Source: Bryobacterales bacterium (lineage in GTDB: Bacteria; Acidobacteriota; Terriglobia; Bryobacterales; UBA6623). Taken from it: a DNA stretch of 64,000 nt. Position 1 is the first letter of the stretch; every line of letters begins with the position of its first letter. The translations under genes and the position numbers were made by a program. The DNA is taken from assembly GCA_963422375.2 (NCBI GenBank), contig OY729427.2, positions 736,001-800,000 on the forward strand, written 5' to 3'. This document shows positions 43,266 to 51,921 of this stretch, one piece after another. A model generated the notes under the pieces. It searched no databases, was not told the origin of the DNA, and worked only from the letters and a program-made list of their open reading frames with translations.

Positions 43266-43972
43266 GGGCGCCCGAGCAGCTGGGGCCGCGCGACTGGTCG
43301 TCGCATCCCGACCAAGCGCACGCGGCCTACAAGTCGACGCGCCTGCGGGCGCAGGCGCGGCCGCTCGTCCCGCTGCGCCAATCGATCTCGGAACTGACCG
43401 GGCCCGTGTTCGGCGGAGGGCGCGTGACCGCCTTGGACGGCGATCTCACGCTCAACGCCGTCCGGGACGCGGCGCCCATCGGCGAGCGCATCGTCGTCGC
43501 CGGGCGCGTTCTCGACGAGAGCGGCCGGCCGATACCGGGGACGCTGGTCGAAGTCTGGCAGGCGAACGCCGCCGGCAGGTACGCGCATCTGGCGGACCAG
43601 CACGAGGCGCCGCAGGATCCCAACTTTCTAGGAACCGGCCGCGCGCTGACGGACTCGGAGGGACGATACCGCTTCACCACGCTCCGCCCCGGCGCCTATC
43701 CCTGGCGCAACCACCGCAACGCCTGGAGACCGGCGCACATCCATTTTTCGGTCTTCGGGACGGCGTTCGTCCAGCGGCTCGTGACGCAGATGTACTTTCC
43801 GGGCGACCCTCTCCTGCCGCTCGACCCGATCTTCAACGCCACCGCCGACGCTGCGGCCAGGCAGCGGCTGGTTTGCCGGTTCTCGCCCGAGCTCACGGTG
43901 CCTGAGCAGGCCCTAGGCTACGAGTTCGACATCGTCCTACGGGGCCCGCGGGAAACGCCCCGGGAAGGCTGA
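43262..43972 (+). CDS. pcaH: Protocatechuate 3,4-dioxygenase beta subunit
   Basis: SELTGPVFG; PIGERI.V.GRV.DE; WQANAAGRY; PGAYPWRN; WRPAHIHFS (Fe ligands); RLVTQMYF. Confidence 0.96.
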   Translation: MRAPEQLGPRDWSSHPDQAHAAYKSTRLRAQARPLVPLRQSISELTGPVFGGGRVTALDGDLTLNAVRDAAPIGERIVVAGRVLDESGRPIPGTLVEVWQANAAGRYAHLADQHEAPQDPNFLGTGRALTDSEGRYRFTTLRPGAYPWRNHRNAWRPAHIHFSVFGTAFVQRLVTQMYFPGDPLLPLDPIFNATADAAARQRLVCRFSPELTVPEQALGYEFDIVLRGPRETPREG

Positions 43973-43975
43973 GCC

Positions 43976-44524
43976 ATGCCGCGCCAGACCCCGTCCCAGA
44001 CGGTCGGCCCCTTCTTCTGGAACGCCCTGACACCCCACGAGCGGGGGCCCGGGCTGCCGCCCGGCACCGTGATGGACATCGCACGCGGGGCGGGAAGGGC
44101 GATTCATATCGAGGGCCGCGTCCTGGACGGCGCGGGAGATCCGGTAGCCGACGCCATGGTAGAGATCTGGCAGGCCGGCTCCGACGGGCGCTACCCGGCC
44201 GACCACCGGGGCTTCGGCCGCGTCGGCACGGAGGCGTCGGGCAAGTATGCCTTCCTCACGGTCAAGCCGGGGCCGGTGGCCTCCGGGGCGGCGCCGCACG
44301 TCAACGTGGCGGTGTTCGCCCGCGGCCTGCTGAACCATGCGTTCACCCGGATCTACTTCGAGGACGAGGCGGCCACCAACGCATCGGACAAGGTGCTGGC
44401 GAGCGTCGAACCCGCGCGCCGCGACACGCTGCTCGCCCGCCGACGCGACGGATCCGTCCTGCCGACGTACGAGTTCACGATCCGCCTGCAGGGCGACCGC
44501 GAGACAGTGTTCTTCGATGCCTGA
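43976..44524 (+). CDS. pcaG: Protocatechuate 3,4-dioxygenase alpha subunit
   Basis: TPSQTVGPF; GRVLDGAG; EIWQA; FARGLL..TRIYF; IRLQG..ETVFFD. Confidence 0.95.
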   Translation: MPRQTPSQTVGPFFWNALTPHERGPGLPPGTVMDIARGAGRAIHIEGRVLDGAGDPVADAMVEIWQAGSDGRYPADHRGFGRVGTEASGKYAFLTVKPGPVASGAAPHVNVAVFARGLLNHAFTRIYFEDEAATNASDKVLASVEPARRDTLLARRRDGSVLPTYEFTIRLQGDRETVFFDA

Positions 44525-44569
44525 GCGGAGCGGGACGCTTGCGAGGCGGGATGCCGGGGGAACGGCGGC

Positions 44570-45991
44570 GTGACGGGCCCCCCGCCCGGATCGGCGCTGC
44601 TCGGGCCGCTGCTGTCGGACGACGCCGCGGCCGGTCTCTTCTCGGACGGCGCGGTGCTCCGCTCGATGCTGGACTTCGAGACTGCGCTGGCAGCGGCGGG
44701 GGCGCGGGTCGGAGTGATCCCGCCGGAGGCGGCGGCCGCCATCTCCGCGGCGGCGGAGGCTCTCGAGCCCGACTGGGCCGGGCTGGGAGCCGGCTCGGCC
44801 AGGGACGGGCACCCGGTGGCCGCCCTCGTGCAGCAGCTGCGCGTGGCGGCCGGTCCGGCAGGGGCGCACGTCCACGCGGGCGCGACAGCGCAAGACGTGA
44901 TGGACACCGCGCTGGTCCTGCGCCTGCGAGCGCTCTTCGACGAATTCGACGAGCGCCTCCGCGGGCTCGTCGGGGCGCTAGCGAGTCTGGCGCGCCTCCA
45001 CCGTACGACGGTCATGGCGGGCCGCACCCGCAGGCAGCAGGCGGTCCCCGTGCCGTTCGGCCTGAAGGTCGCAGGCTGGCTCGGACCGCTGGCGCGCCAT
45101 CGCGCCCGCCTCGCGGAGTCGCGTCCCCGGGTCCTCGCGGTACAGCTGGGCGGTGCGGCCGGCACCCTGAGCGCGCTGGGCGGGCGCGGCACGGCCGTGA
45201 TGGAGGAGCTGGCGCACGAGCTGGACCTCGCCGTGCCGCCGGCGCCGTGGCACGCCCAGCGCGACGGCCTAGCGGAGGCCGCGGGCTGGTTCTCGCTGGT
45301 GACGGGCAGCCTAGCCAAGATGGGGCAGGATCTGGCCTTGCTCGCGCAGACCGAGGTCGGCGAGGTCGGCGACGGCAGCGGCGGCAGGTCCAGCGCAATG
45401 CCTCACAAGTGCAATCCCGTGCGCTCGGAGATCCTCGTCGCGCTCGGCCGGGCCAACGCGACCCTGCTGGCGTCGATGCACCAGGCGCAGATCCACGAGC
45501 ACGAGCGCGACGGCAGTGCCTGGACGCTCGAGTGGCTCACGCTGCCGCAGATGGCCGTGCTGACCGGCGCCGCCCTGCGGCACGCCCGGGCAGTGGCCGG
45601 GTCCATGGAGCCCGACCCAGCCCGCATGCGAGGTAACATCGAGGCGTCGGGGCGGCTGGCCCTGGCCGAAGCGGCCACCATCGCACTGCGCGCCAACAGC
45701 ACCGCGGCCGAGTCGCGCCGGCTGGTCGCCGAAGCCGCCAGCCTCGCTCGGGAGACCGGCGAGGACCTGATCGCGATCCTTGAGCGGGCGGCGCCGGCGG
45801 CGGTCGATTGGAACGAGCTGCGGGAGCCGGGGCGCTGGCTTGGATCCGCCGACGCGTTCGTAGAACGCGCCTTGGAGGCCGCGGCCCAGCGCGAGGGCAC
45901 TCCGAACGGAGGCCGCGGGCCCCGTCGAGAGTGCGCGGACGACTTACAATACGGCCAGACCCGGCACCGCCCCTCGGGCCCGCGGATGTGA
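44570..45991 (+). CDS. pcaB: 3-carboxy-cis,cis-muconate cycloisomerase
   Basis: H.GATAQD..DT; MAGRT..QQA; QLGGAAGTL; SSAMPHKCNP fumarase-superfamily signature; HER..W..EW. Confidence 0.93.
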   Translation: MTGPPPGSALLGPLLSDDAAAGLFSDGAVLRSMLDFETALAAAGARVGVIPPEAAAAISAAAEALEPDWAGLGAGSARDGHPVAALVQQLRVAAGPAGAHVHAGATAQDVMDTALVLRLRALFDEFDERLRGLVGALASLARLHRTTVMAGRTRRQQAVPVPFGLKVAGWLGPLARHRARLAESRPRVLAVQLGGAAGTLSALGGRGTAVMEELAHELDLAVPPAPWHAQRDGLAEAAGWFSLVTGSLAKMGQDLALLAQTEVGEVGDGSGGRSSAMPHKCNPVRSEILVALGRANATLLASMHQAQIHEHERDGSAWTLEWLTLPQMAVLTGAALRHARAVAGSMEPDPARMRGNIEASGRLALAEAATIALRANSTAAESRRLVAEAASLARETGEDLIAILERAAPAAVDWNELREPGRWLGSADAFVERALEAAAQREGTPNGGRGPRRECADDLQYGQTRHRPSGPRM

Positions 45992-45999
45992 ACGCGAGC

Positions 46000-46635
46000 A
46001 TGGTGATGATTCTGAGCGATCGCCGCTACGTGGAGATTCCCGGAGACTCCTCGTTCGAGCTGCCGCCGCTGCTGCTGAAGTCAGTGCCCGGCCTGGACGA
46101 GCTCGAGGCCTTGGTCTACAGCGCCGGGAGCATCGTAGACTCGGAGTCCCTGATTCCCGGCCCGATCCAGGACGCGCTGAACTCCGGCAAGATTCACGCG
46201 GACCCCCGCATCGGCCTCGCGGTCAGCCTAGTCGACCAGTACTGCACGTTCGTGCAGCATTGGAATTGGGGCGAGTCGGTCCTCGAGTGGATTCGACAGT
46301 GCGAGACGAGCTTCGAGACGCAGCCGAACCTGCGGCGCCTGCTGAGGCCCGACGTGTGGCCGCATGCCGGCAGGAGCAGCTTCGTCACGCTGCTGGAGGA
46401 CAAGGGAGCCACCGACGAGGACATCGTCCTCGAGAACGCCATGGGCTACAGGCTGACGTTTCGCCAGCCCCCTCCGATCGACTTCTTCTCGGAGAAGTTC
46501 CTGCTTCTACTGAATTCCTCGCTCGCTGCGGCCGCCTACCGTGCGTGGGCGGGGCCAAGCGGCAGCGACGAGGCCTCCCTGCCTCCGGAACGCTTCCAGT
46601 TCTACGTGATGACCGACAGGATCCGGGAAGTCTGA
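46000..46635 (+). CDS. Hypothetical protein
   Basis: 211 aa ORF with protein-like composition (RRYVEIP..LPPLLL..WGE..LEWI.QCE); TACAAT at 45945-45950 upstream. Confidence 0.75.
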   Translation: MVMILSDRRYVEIPGDSSFELPPLLLKSVPGLDELEALVYSAGSIVDSESLIPGPIQDALNSGKIHADPRIGLAVSLVDQYCTFVQHWNWGESVLEWIRQCETSFETQPNLRRLLRPDVWPHAGRSSFVTLLEDKGATDEDIVLENAMGYRLTFRQPPPIDFFSEKFLLLLNSSLAAAAYRAWAGPSGSDEASLPPERFQFYVMTDRIREV

Positions 46636-46716
46636 CCGGACGGGTGCGACAATAGGCCGAGAGCGAGGACGCGACACGGAATTGTCGCCAGTCCGAACCC
46701 AGGAGGTATCCCGCGC

Positions 46717-48030
46717 ATGCCAAACAACGCGATGCCCTTGAAGGCACCCGAAGGCGACGTGACTCGCCGGAATTTCATGAAGGGCTCGGCGCGCACTGCC
46801 GCTACGGCGGCGGCCTTCCAGATCGCACGGCCGGGCGCGCTACGAGGCCAGTCGGGAGACAAGCTCTCGATCGGGATCGTGGGCTGCGGCGGCCGCGGGA
46901 CGCGCGGCGTCGCGGAAGCGATCCGCGGCAACCCCAACTACGAGCTCCACGTGATGGGCGACTTGTTCGAGGACCAGCTCGAACGGTCCTTGCGGAGGCT
47001 GCGCGACTCCGACGAGTTCGAGCCCAAGGTCAAGCAGCAGATCAAGGTCGCGCCCGAGAACCGCTTCCTCGGCTACGACGCCTACAAGAAGGTGGTCGAC
47101 TCCGGCGTCGACGTGGTGTTCCTGCACACCCCGCCGGGGTGGCGCCCGCTGCATCTCGAGTACGCGATCAACGCCAACAAGCACGTCTTCGCCGAGAAGC
47201 CGCTCGCCACCGACTGCATGGGCGCGCAGAAGGTCATCCGCCTCGCCAAGGAGTCCGAGCGGAAGAAGCTGACCGTCATGATCGGCGCCCAGCGCCGCTC
47301 CCAGAAGGAATACGTGGAGTCGGTGCAGCGCATCCAGGACGGCGAGATCGGCGACGTGGTGGCGACCTACGCCAACTGGATATCCGGACCGGTGATCAAG
47401 GGCGCGGATTTCGAGGACAAGCTCGACCAGAAATCGCTGGCGTGGCAGCAGCGCGCATGGTACTCGCACGTCTGGATTTGCGGCGATCAGATCGTGGAGC
47501 AGCACCTGCACAACATCGACGTCATCAACTGGGTTCTGGGCGACACCCATCCGGTGAGCGTGGTGGCGTCCGGCGGCGCGATCTGGCGCCCGCGCGAGAA
47601 GCTGTACGGCAACATCTACGACCACGTGCATTCCGACTTCGTGTACGCCAACGGCGTGCGCATGACCAGCCACTGCCGGCAGTACCCGGAGCGGAAGGTG
47701 CGCCGAGTGAACGAGCTCGTCGTCGGGACGCGCGGGCGCTCGACCGTTACCGACCTAGGCACGAAGTCGAGGACCAGCCCCTACGTGCGCGAGCACGCCG
47801 ACATGGTGGCCTCGATCACGGGCTCGGGACCCTACAAGAACCAGGCGCTGGCAGTAGCCTACTCGACGATGACCGCCATCATGGGCCGCGAGTCTGCCTA
47901 TGCCGGCATCGAGGTCACGTGGGAGATGGCGATGAACTCGAAGCAGAATCTGATCCCGGACAACCCTTCGCTGGAGGCGCAACACGATGTGACCGACCTG
48001 CCGCGGCCGGGCGAGTACCAGTTCGTTTAG
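46717..48030 (+). CDS. Gfo/Idh/MocA oxidoreductase with Tat signal
   Basis: AGGAGG RBS; TRRNFM; VGCGGRG; TPPGWRP; FAEKP; GDQIVEQH.HN.D; AIMGRESAY.G. Confidence 0.92.
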   Translation: MPNNAMPLKAPEGDVTRRNFMKGSARTAATAAAFQIARPGALRGQSGDKLSIGIVGCGGRGTRGVAEAIRGNPNYELHVMGDLFEDQLERSLRRLRDSDEFEPKVKQQIKVAPENRFLGYDAYKKVVDSGVDVVFLHTPPGWRPLHLEYAINANKHVFAEKPLATDCMGAQKVIRLAKESERKKLTVMIGAQRRSQKEYVESVQRIQDGEIGDVVATYANWISGPVIKGADFEDKLDQKSLAWQQRAWYSHVWICGDQIVEQHLHNIDVINWVLGDTHPVSVVASGGAIWRPREKLYGNIYDHVHSDFVYANGVRMTSHCRQYPERKVRRVNELVVGTRGRSTVTDLGTKSRTSPYVREHADMVASITGSGPYKNQALAVAYSTMTAIMGRESAYAGIEVTWEMAMNSKQNLIPDNPSLEAQHDVTDLPRPGEYQFV

Positions 48031-48052
48031 CGAGCTCCCGCGGGGTGGACCG

Positions 48053-49045
48053 ATGCCGGAAGCGTCGCCGCGCGCAGGCGCGGCGAGCCGCATGCGCAGG
48101 CGAGGGTTTCTCCAAGCCGGCTTGGCCCCTGCCCTGCTGGGCTGGGGCTGCGCGCGGCGCCCCGCCGGGAGCGCGGCGGTCCCGCACCGGCTGATTGCGC
48201 AAGACAGGGGCCGTGTGGCCGTGGTGGACCCGGAGGGTTCCGTCGAATGGTCGTGGAACAACGGCGCGGGCGCCCACGACATGCATCTCCTGCCGAACGG
48301 GAACCTCCTCGTTCCGACCGCGCCGGACGCGATCGTTGAGCTGACGCCCGAAATGGAGGTCGTCTGGCGGTGGGAGTCGCGAGCCGCATCGGACGCGGTG
48401 GAGAAGGTCGAGATTCACGCATTCGAGCGCTTGGACAACGGCCTGACGATGATTGCGGAGAGCGGCAACCGCCGATTGGTCGAGGTCGACCGGCAGGGCG
48501 AGATTCGGTACCAGATCCCGCTTCAAGTGGAGCGGCCGCACTGGCACAAGGACACGAGGCTGGTGCGCAAGACTCCCGTCGGGACGTACTTGGTGTCGCA
48601 CGAGAACGACGGGGCGGTGCGTGAGTACGAGCGGGGCGGCAGGGTGGTCTGGGAATACAGCTTGGAGCTGACGGGCCCGGCGACGCCGACGCACCGGGGC
48701 CACGGAACGGATGTGTACGCTGCATACCGGCTGCCTAGCGGCAACACGCTGATCGGCGGTGGCAACAACAACCGGGTGCTCGAGGTCAACCCTCAGGGAG
48801 AGACAGTCTGGAGCCTCGCGAGCGGCGAGATTCCGGGCATCCAGCTGTTTTGGGTCACGCAACTGCACGCGCTGCCGAACGGCAACATCGTGGTGACGAA
48901 CACTCACGCGGAGGGCGAAACGCCTCAGATCTTCGAAGTGACGCGAGACAAGCGAATGGTGTGGGGCTTTCTCGACTGGGAAACGTTCGGGAACGACTTG
49001 TGCGCCAACATCCTCCTCGACGTGGAAGGCGACTTCGTCCGCTGA
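48053..49045 (+). CDS. Tat-signal beta-propeller protein (PQQ-like / arylsulfotransferase-like repeats), possible lipoprotein
   Basis: RRRGFL..WGC; repeated L.NG..LI..RV.E....G..VW blades. Start may be 48092. Confidence 0.78.
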   Translation: MPEASPRAGAASRMRRRGFLQAGLAPALLGWGCARRPAGSAAVPHRLIAQDRGRVAVVDPEGSVEWSWNNGAGAHDMHLLPNGNLLVPTAPDAIVELTPEMEVVWRWESRAASDAVEKVEIHAFERLDNGLTMIAESGNRRLVEVDRQGEIRYQIPLQVERPHWHKDTRLVRKTPVGTYLVSHENDGAVREYERGGRVVWEYSLELTGPATPTHRGHGTDVYAAYRLPSGNTLIGGGNNNRVLEVNPQGETVWSLASGEIPGIQLFWVTQLHALPNGNIVVTNTHAEGETPQIFEVTRDKRMVWGFLDWETFGNDLCANILLDVEGDFVR

Positions 49046-49613
49046 CTGCTCCGCGCCGGTCCCGCTGCCGATGCGCACGAGGGCCTCAGCCCGATTCGCG
49101 GGCCGGAAGACCGCACTGAATTCGGCCCGTGCGGCCAGTTTTCAGCTGGACTGATCTAGCAGGACACCAGGAACGGCGCGAGACTCGCGCTGCGATCAAG
49201 GTCGACGCTGAGTTCATCCTGATGGAACGGAGGCCGGGCGCCTACCGGAAACCAAGCCTCGCGGCGCGAAGACTTCGCCTGCCGTCGGTGGCAGGCTTCA
49301 AGGCCCTGTTCCGACAGGTCCGGGCCTTTGTCGCAGGCGCGTCGACCCGAGATCGCCTAGTGCGGCAGGTCCTCGGGATCGCCGAGGCTGGCTGCGGGCC
49401 TCGCGGCTAGGTTGAGCAGGGCGCCGGAGTTCAGGCCCTGCTAAGGCGTCTCGGAGAGCAGCCGACCACCTCTGCCTCGAGTGGCGCGATTCATTCTTCT
49501 CGTTAGCTGCCTCGGCCAGCTTCGCCGCCAAGCACCCCACGATAGTGAGCGCGTAGAGGCCCCTAGAGCCGAGCTCGGTCTAATGCCGGCTTGCCCTCGG
49601 GAGCCGCAGGCGC

Positions 49614-49642
49614 TTGCAAGTGGGAAAGGTCGCGGGTACAAT
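49614..49642 (+). promoter_or_regulatory. sigma70-type promoter TTGCAA-17-TACAAT
   Basis: Near-consensus hexamers with exact 17-nt spacing, directly upstream of the second PSD1 gene. Confidence 0.65.
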
Positions 49643-49648
49643 CGCGGA

Positions 49649-51916
49649 CTGCAGGTCCGGTGCAGATTCCGGTCTTCCGTCGCGCCGTCGGAGGCTGCGG
49701 CCACCGAGTTCACCTCGGCGCAGCGGAAGTTCTGGTCGTTCAAGCCGGTTGTGCGTCCCGCCGCGCCGTCCGCTGAGGGCTCGGAGTGGGTACGCAATCC
49801 CATAGACGCCTTCATTCTCGGCGGCCTGCGTTCGGAAGGCCTCGAGCCTTCGGCACCGGCGGACAGGATCACGCTCATCCGCAGGGCGTCGTTCGGCCTC
49901 CTAGGGTTGCCGCCGACACCCGATCAAGTCGCGGACTTCCTGGCGGACGACTCTCCGGACGCGGTCGAACGGCTTGTGGATCGCCTGCTGGCCTCCCCCG
50001 GCTACGGGGAGCGCTGGGGGCGACATTGGCTGGATCTTGCGCGGTTCGCCGAGAGCGACGGCTTCGAGCAAGACGGGGCGCGTCCATACGCTTGGCGATA
50101 CCGGGACTACGTAATCGACTCGTTCAATACCGACAAGCCGTACGACAGGTTCGTCCGCGAGCAGATCGCGGGCGACGAGCTCTGGCCGGAAAGCTTCGAG
50201 GCCCGCATCGCGACCGGCTTCAGCCGGCACTACCCCGAGGAGGGGAACCAGAAGGATCTCCTCTTGGCGCGGCAGGAGACCCTGCACGACATCACGACTG
50301 TAGTCGGGGCGACGTTTATGGGCCTGACGTTCGGCTGCGCGCAGTGCCACGACCACAAGTTCGATCCGATCACCCAGAAAGACTACTACCGGCTGCAAGC
50401 CTTCTTCGCCAACGTGAACCACGATGACCGGTTCCCCGTAGCGCGGGCCGACGAGCTCGCCGAATACGAGCGGGCCCTAGCCGTCTGGAAGGAGAAGACC
50501 GCGGCAATCTGGGCGGAAATGTCCGATATCCTCATGCCGTACCGGACCTACACGCCGGCGCAGCTGCTCGCGCGGTATCCGGACTACGTAATCGATGCGA
50601 TCGAAAGGCCGACTTCCGAGCGGACCGCCTTGGAAGCGTGGATGGCGAGCCTGCTCTCCACCAAGGACTGCGGCACCTGCCCGCTGAGGCCGGAGCCCTA
50701 CGTGGATCCCTCGTTCCTGCGCGTCGTCGGGAAGCTGCATGGTGATGACAAGACCCGCTTCGAGGAGCTGCAATCCCAGCTCGAGGCCTTTAGCAGCCTC
50801 CGCCCGGATGAGATCGATAGGGCCTCGGGCATGATCGACGTCAGCGCGGACGCGCCGCCGACGCACGTGCTTGCGAATGGACGCTACACGAGTCCCGGCC
50901 AGGAGGTCCAGCCGGGTTTTCCCGCGGTCCTCAAAGCGGGCGAAGTCGTCATCGTCCCGCCCGAAGGCGGCGGATCGACCGGGCGGCGCTCGGCCTTGGC
51001 CAACTGGCTCGCCCGCCCGTCGAATCCCTTGACTGCGCGCGTCATGTCCAATCGCGTTTGGCACCACCACTTCGGACGGGGCATCGCTGGCACGCCGAGC
51101 GACTTCGGCATGATGGGCGAGCGCCCCACGCATCCCGAGCTGCTCGACTGGCTCGCGAGCGAGCTGGTGGACGGCGGCTGGAGTATCAAACGCCTTCACC
51201 GCGCGATCATGGTCTCCAGCACGTACCGGCAGAGTGCGGCGCCGCACTCCTACGAGCGCGCCGCGAGGAGCGATCCATTCAACAGGCTTCTGTGGCGCTT
51301 CGATTCCAAGCGGCATGAGGCCGAGGTGATTCGGGATTCTGCCCTTTCAGCGGCGGGACTGCTCAACCGGCTAGCCGGAGGACCGAGCGTGTTCCCGCCG
51401 CTGCCCGAGGGCCTGCCTGAGCCTGTCGGCGGATGGAAGGCCCATGACGCATCTTCGGCACATCGCAGGCGCAGCGTATACGTGTCAGTTCGCAGAAATA
51501 CTCCCTTCCCGCTCCTGGATGCATTCGACTTCCCGGACACCCACGAATCCTGCGCCCGGCGCAACCGCACGACGACCGCTCCCCAGGCGCTGGCCCTGCT
51601 GAACGGCGAGGAGCCCGCGGAGTGGGCGCGGGCGTTCGCCGGCCGCGTGCTGGCCATTTCGGGTGCCAGTGCGCGGAAGCAGGTTGACGCAGCGTACCGG
51701 ATCGCTTACTCGCGCAGTCCGGAGCCTTTGGAGGCAGACACCGCAGCCACGTTCCTTGACCGCCAGTCCCGGATCATCGCGGAGCGGATCGAACAAGACA
51801 GGGATCCGGCCGTGCCTGATACCCTGCCTTCGGGAGTAGTCGACGAACAGGCGGCCTCGCTCGTTGATCTTTCCCTGATGCTGCTGAATTCCAACGAGTT
51901 CGCGTACTCATTCTAA
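49649..51916 (+). CDS. PSD1 / DUF1549-DUF1553 domain protein with CxxCH (5' end uncertain)
   Basis: WSFKPV; NPIDAFI; TLIRR..L.GLPPT; YGERWGRHWLDLARFAES; CAQCHDHKFDP; NPLTARV..NRVW; PTHPELLDWL; PQALALLN. Confidence 0.88.
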   Translation: MQVRCRFRSSVAPSEAAATEFTSAQRKFWSFKPVVRPAAPSAEGSEWVRNPIDAFILGGLRSEGLEPSAPADRITLIRRASFGLLGLPPTPDQVADFLADDSPDAVERLVDRLLASPGYGERWGRHWLDLARFAESDGFEQDGARPYAWRYRDYVIDSFNTDKPYDRFVREQIAGDELWPESFEARIATGFSRHYPEEGNQKDLLLARQETLHDITTVVGATFMGLTFGCAQCHDHKFDPITQKDYYRLQAFFANVNHDDRFPVARADELAEYERALAVWKEKTAAIWAEMSDILMPYRTYTPAQLLARYPDYVIDAIERPTSERTALEAWMASLLSTKDCGTCPLRPEPYVDPSFLRVVGKLHGDDKTRFEELQSQLEAFSSLRPDEIDRASGMIDVSADAPPTHVLANGRYTSPGQEVQPGFPAVLKAGEVVIVPPEGGGSTGRRSALANWLARPSNPLTARVMSNRVWHHHFGRGIAGTPSDFGMMGERPTHPELLDWLASELVDGGWSIKRLHRAIMVSSTYRQSAAPHSYERAARSDPFNRLLWRFDSKRHEAEVIRDSALSAAGLLNRLAGGPSVFPPLPEGLPEPVGGWKAHDASSAHRRRSVYVSVRRNTPFPLLDAFDFPDTHESCARRNRTTTAPQALALLNGEEPAEWARAFAGRVLAISGASARKQVDAAYRIAYSRSPEPLEADTAATFLDRQSRIIAERIEQDRDPAVPDTLPSGVVDEQAASLVDLSLMLLNSNEFAYSF

Positions 51917-51921
51917 GTGCC

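Noticed and set aside
49129..49410. 93-aa ORF as a real gene
   Set aside because: No RBS or recognisable motif; may be a relic, unsupported.
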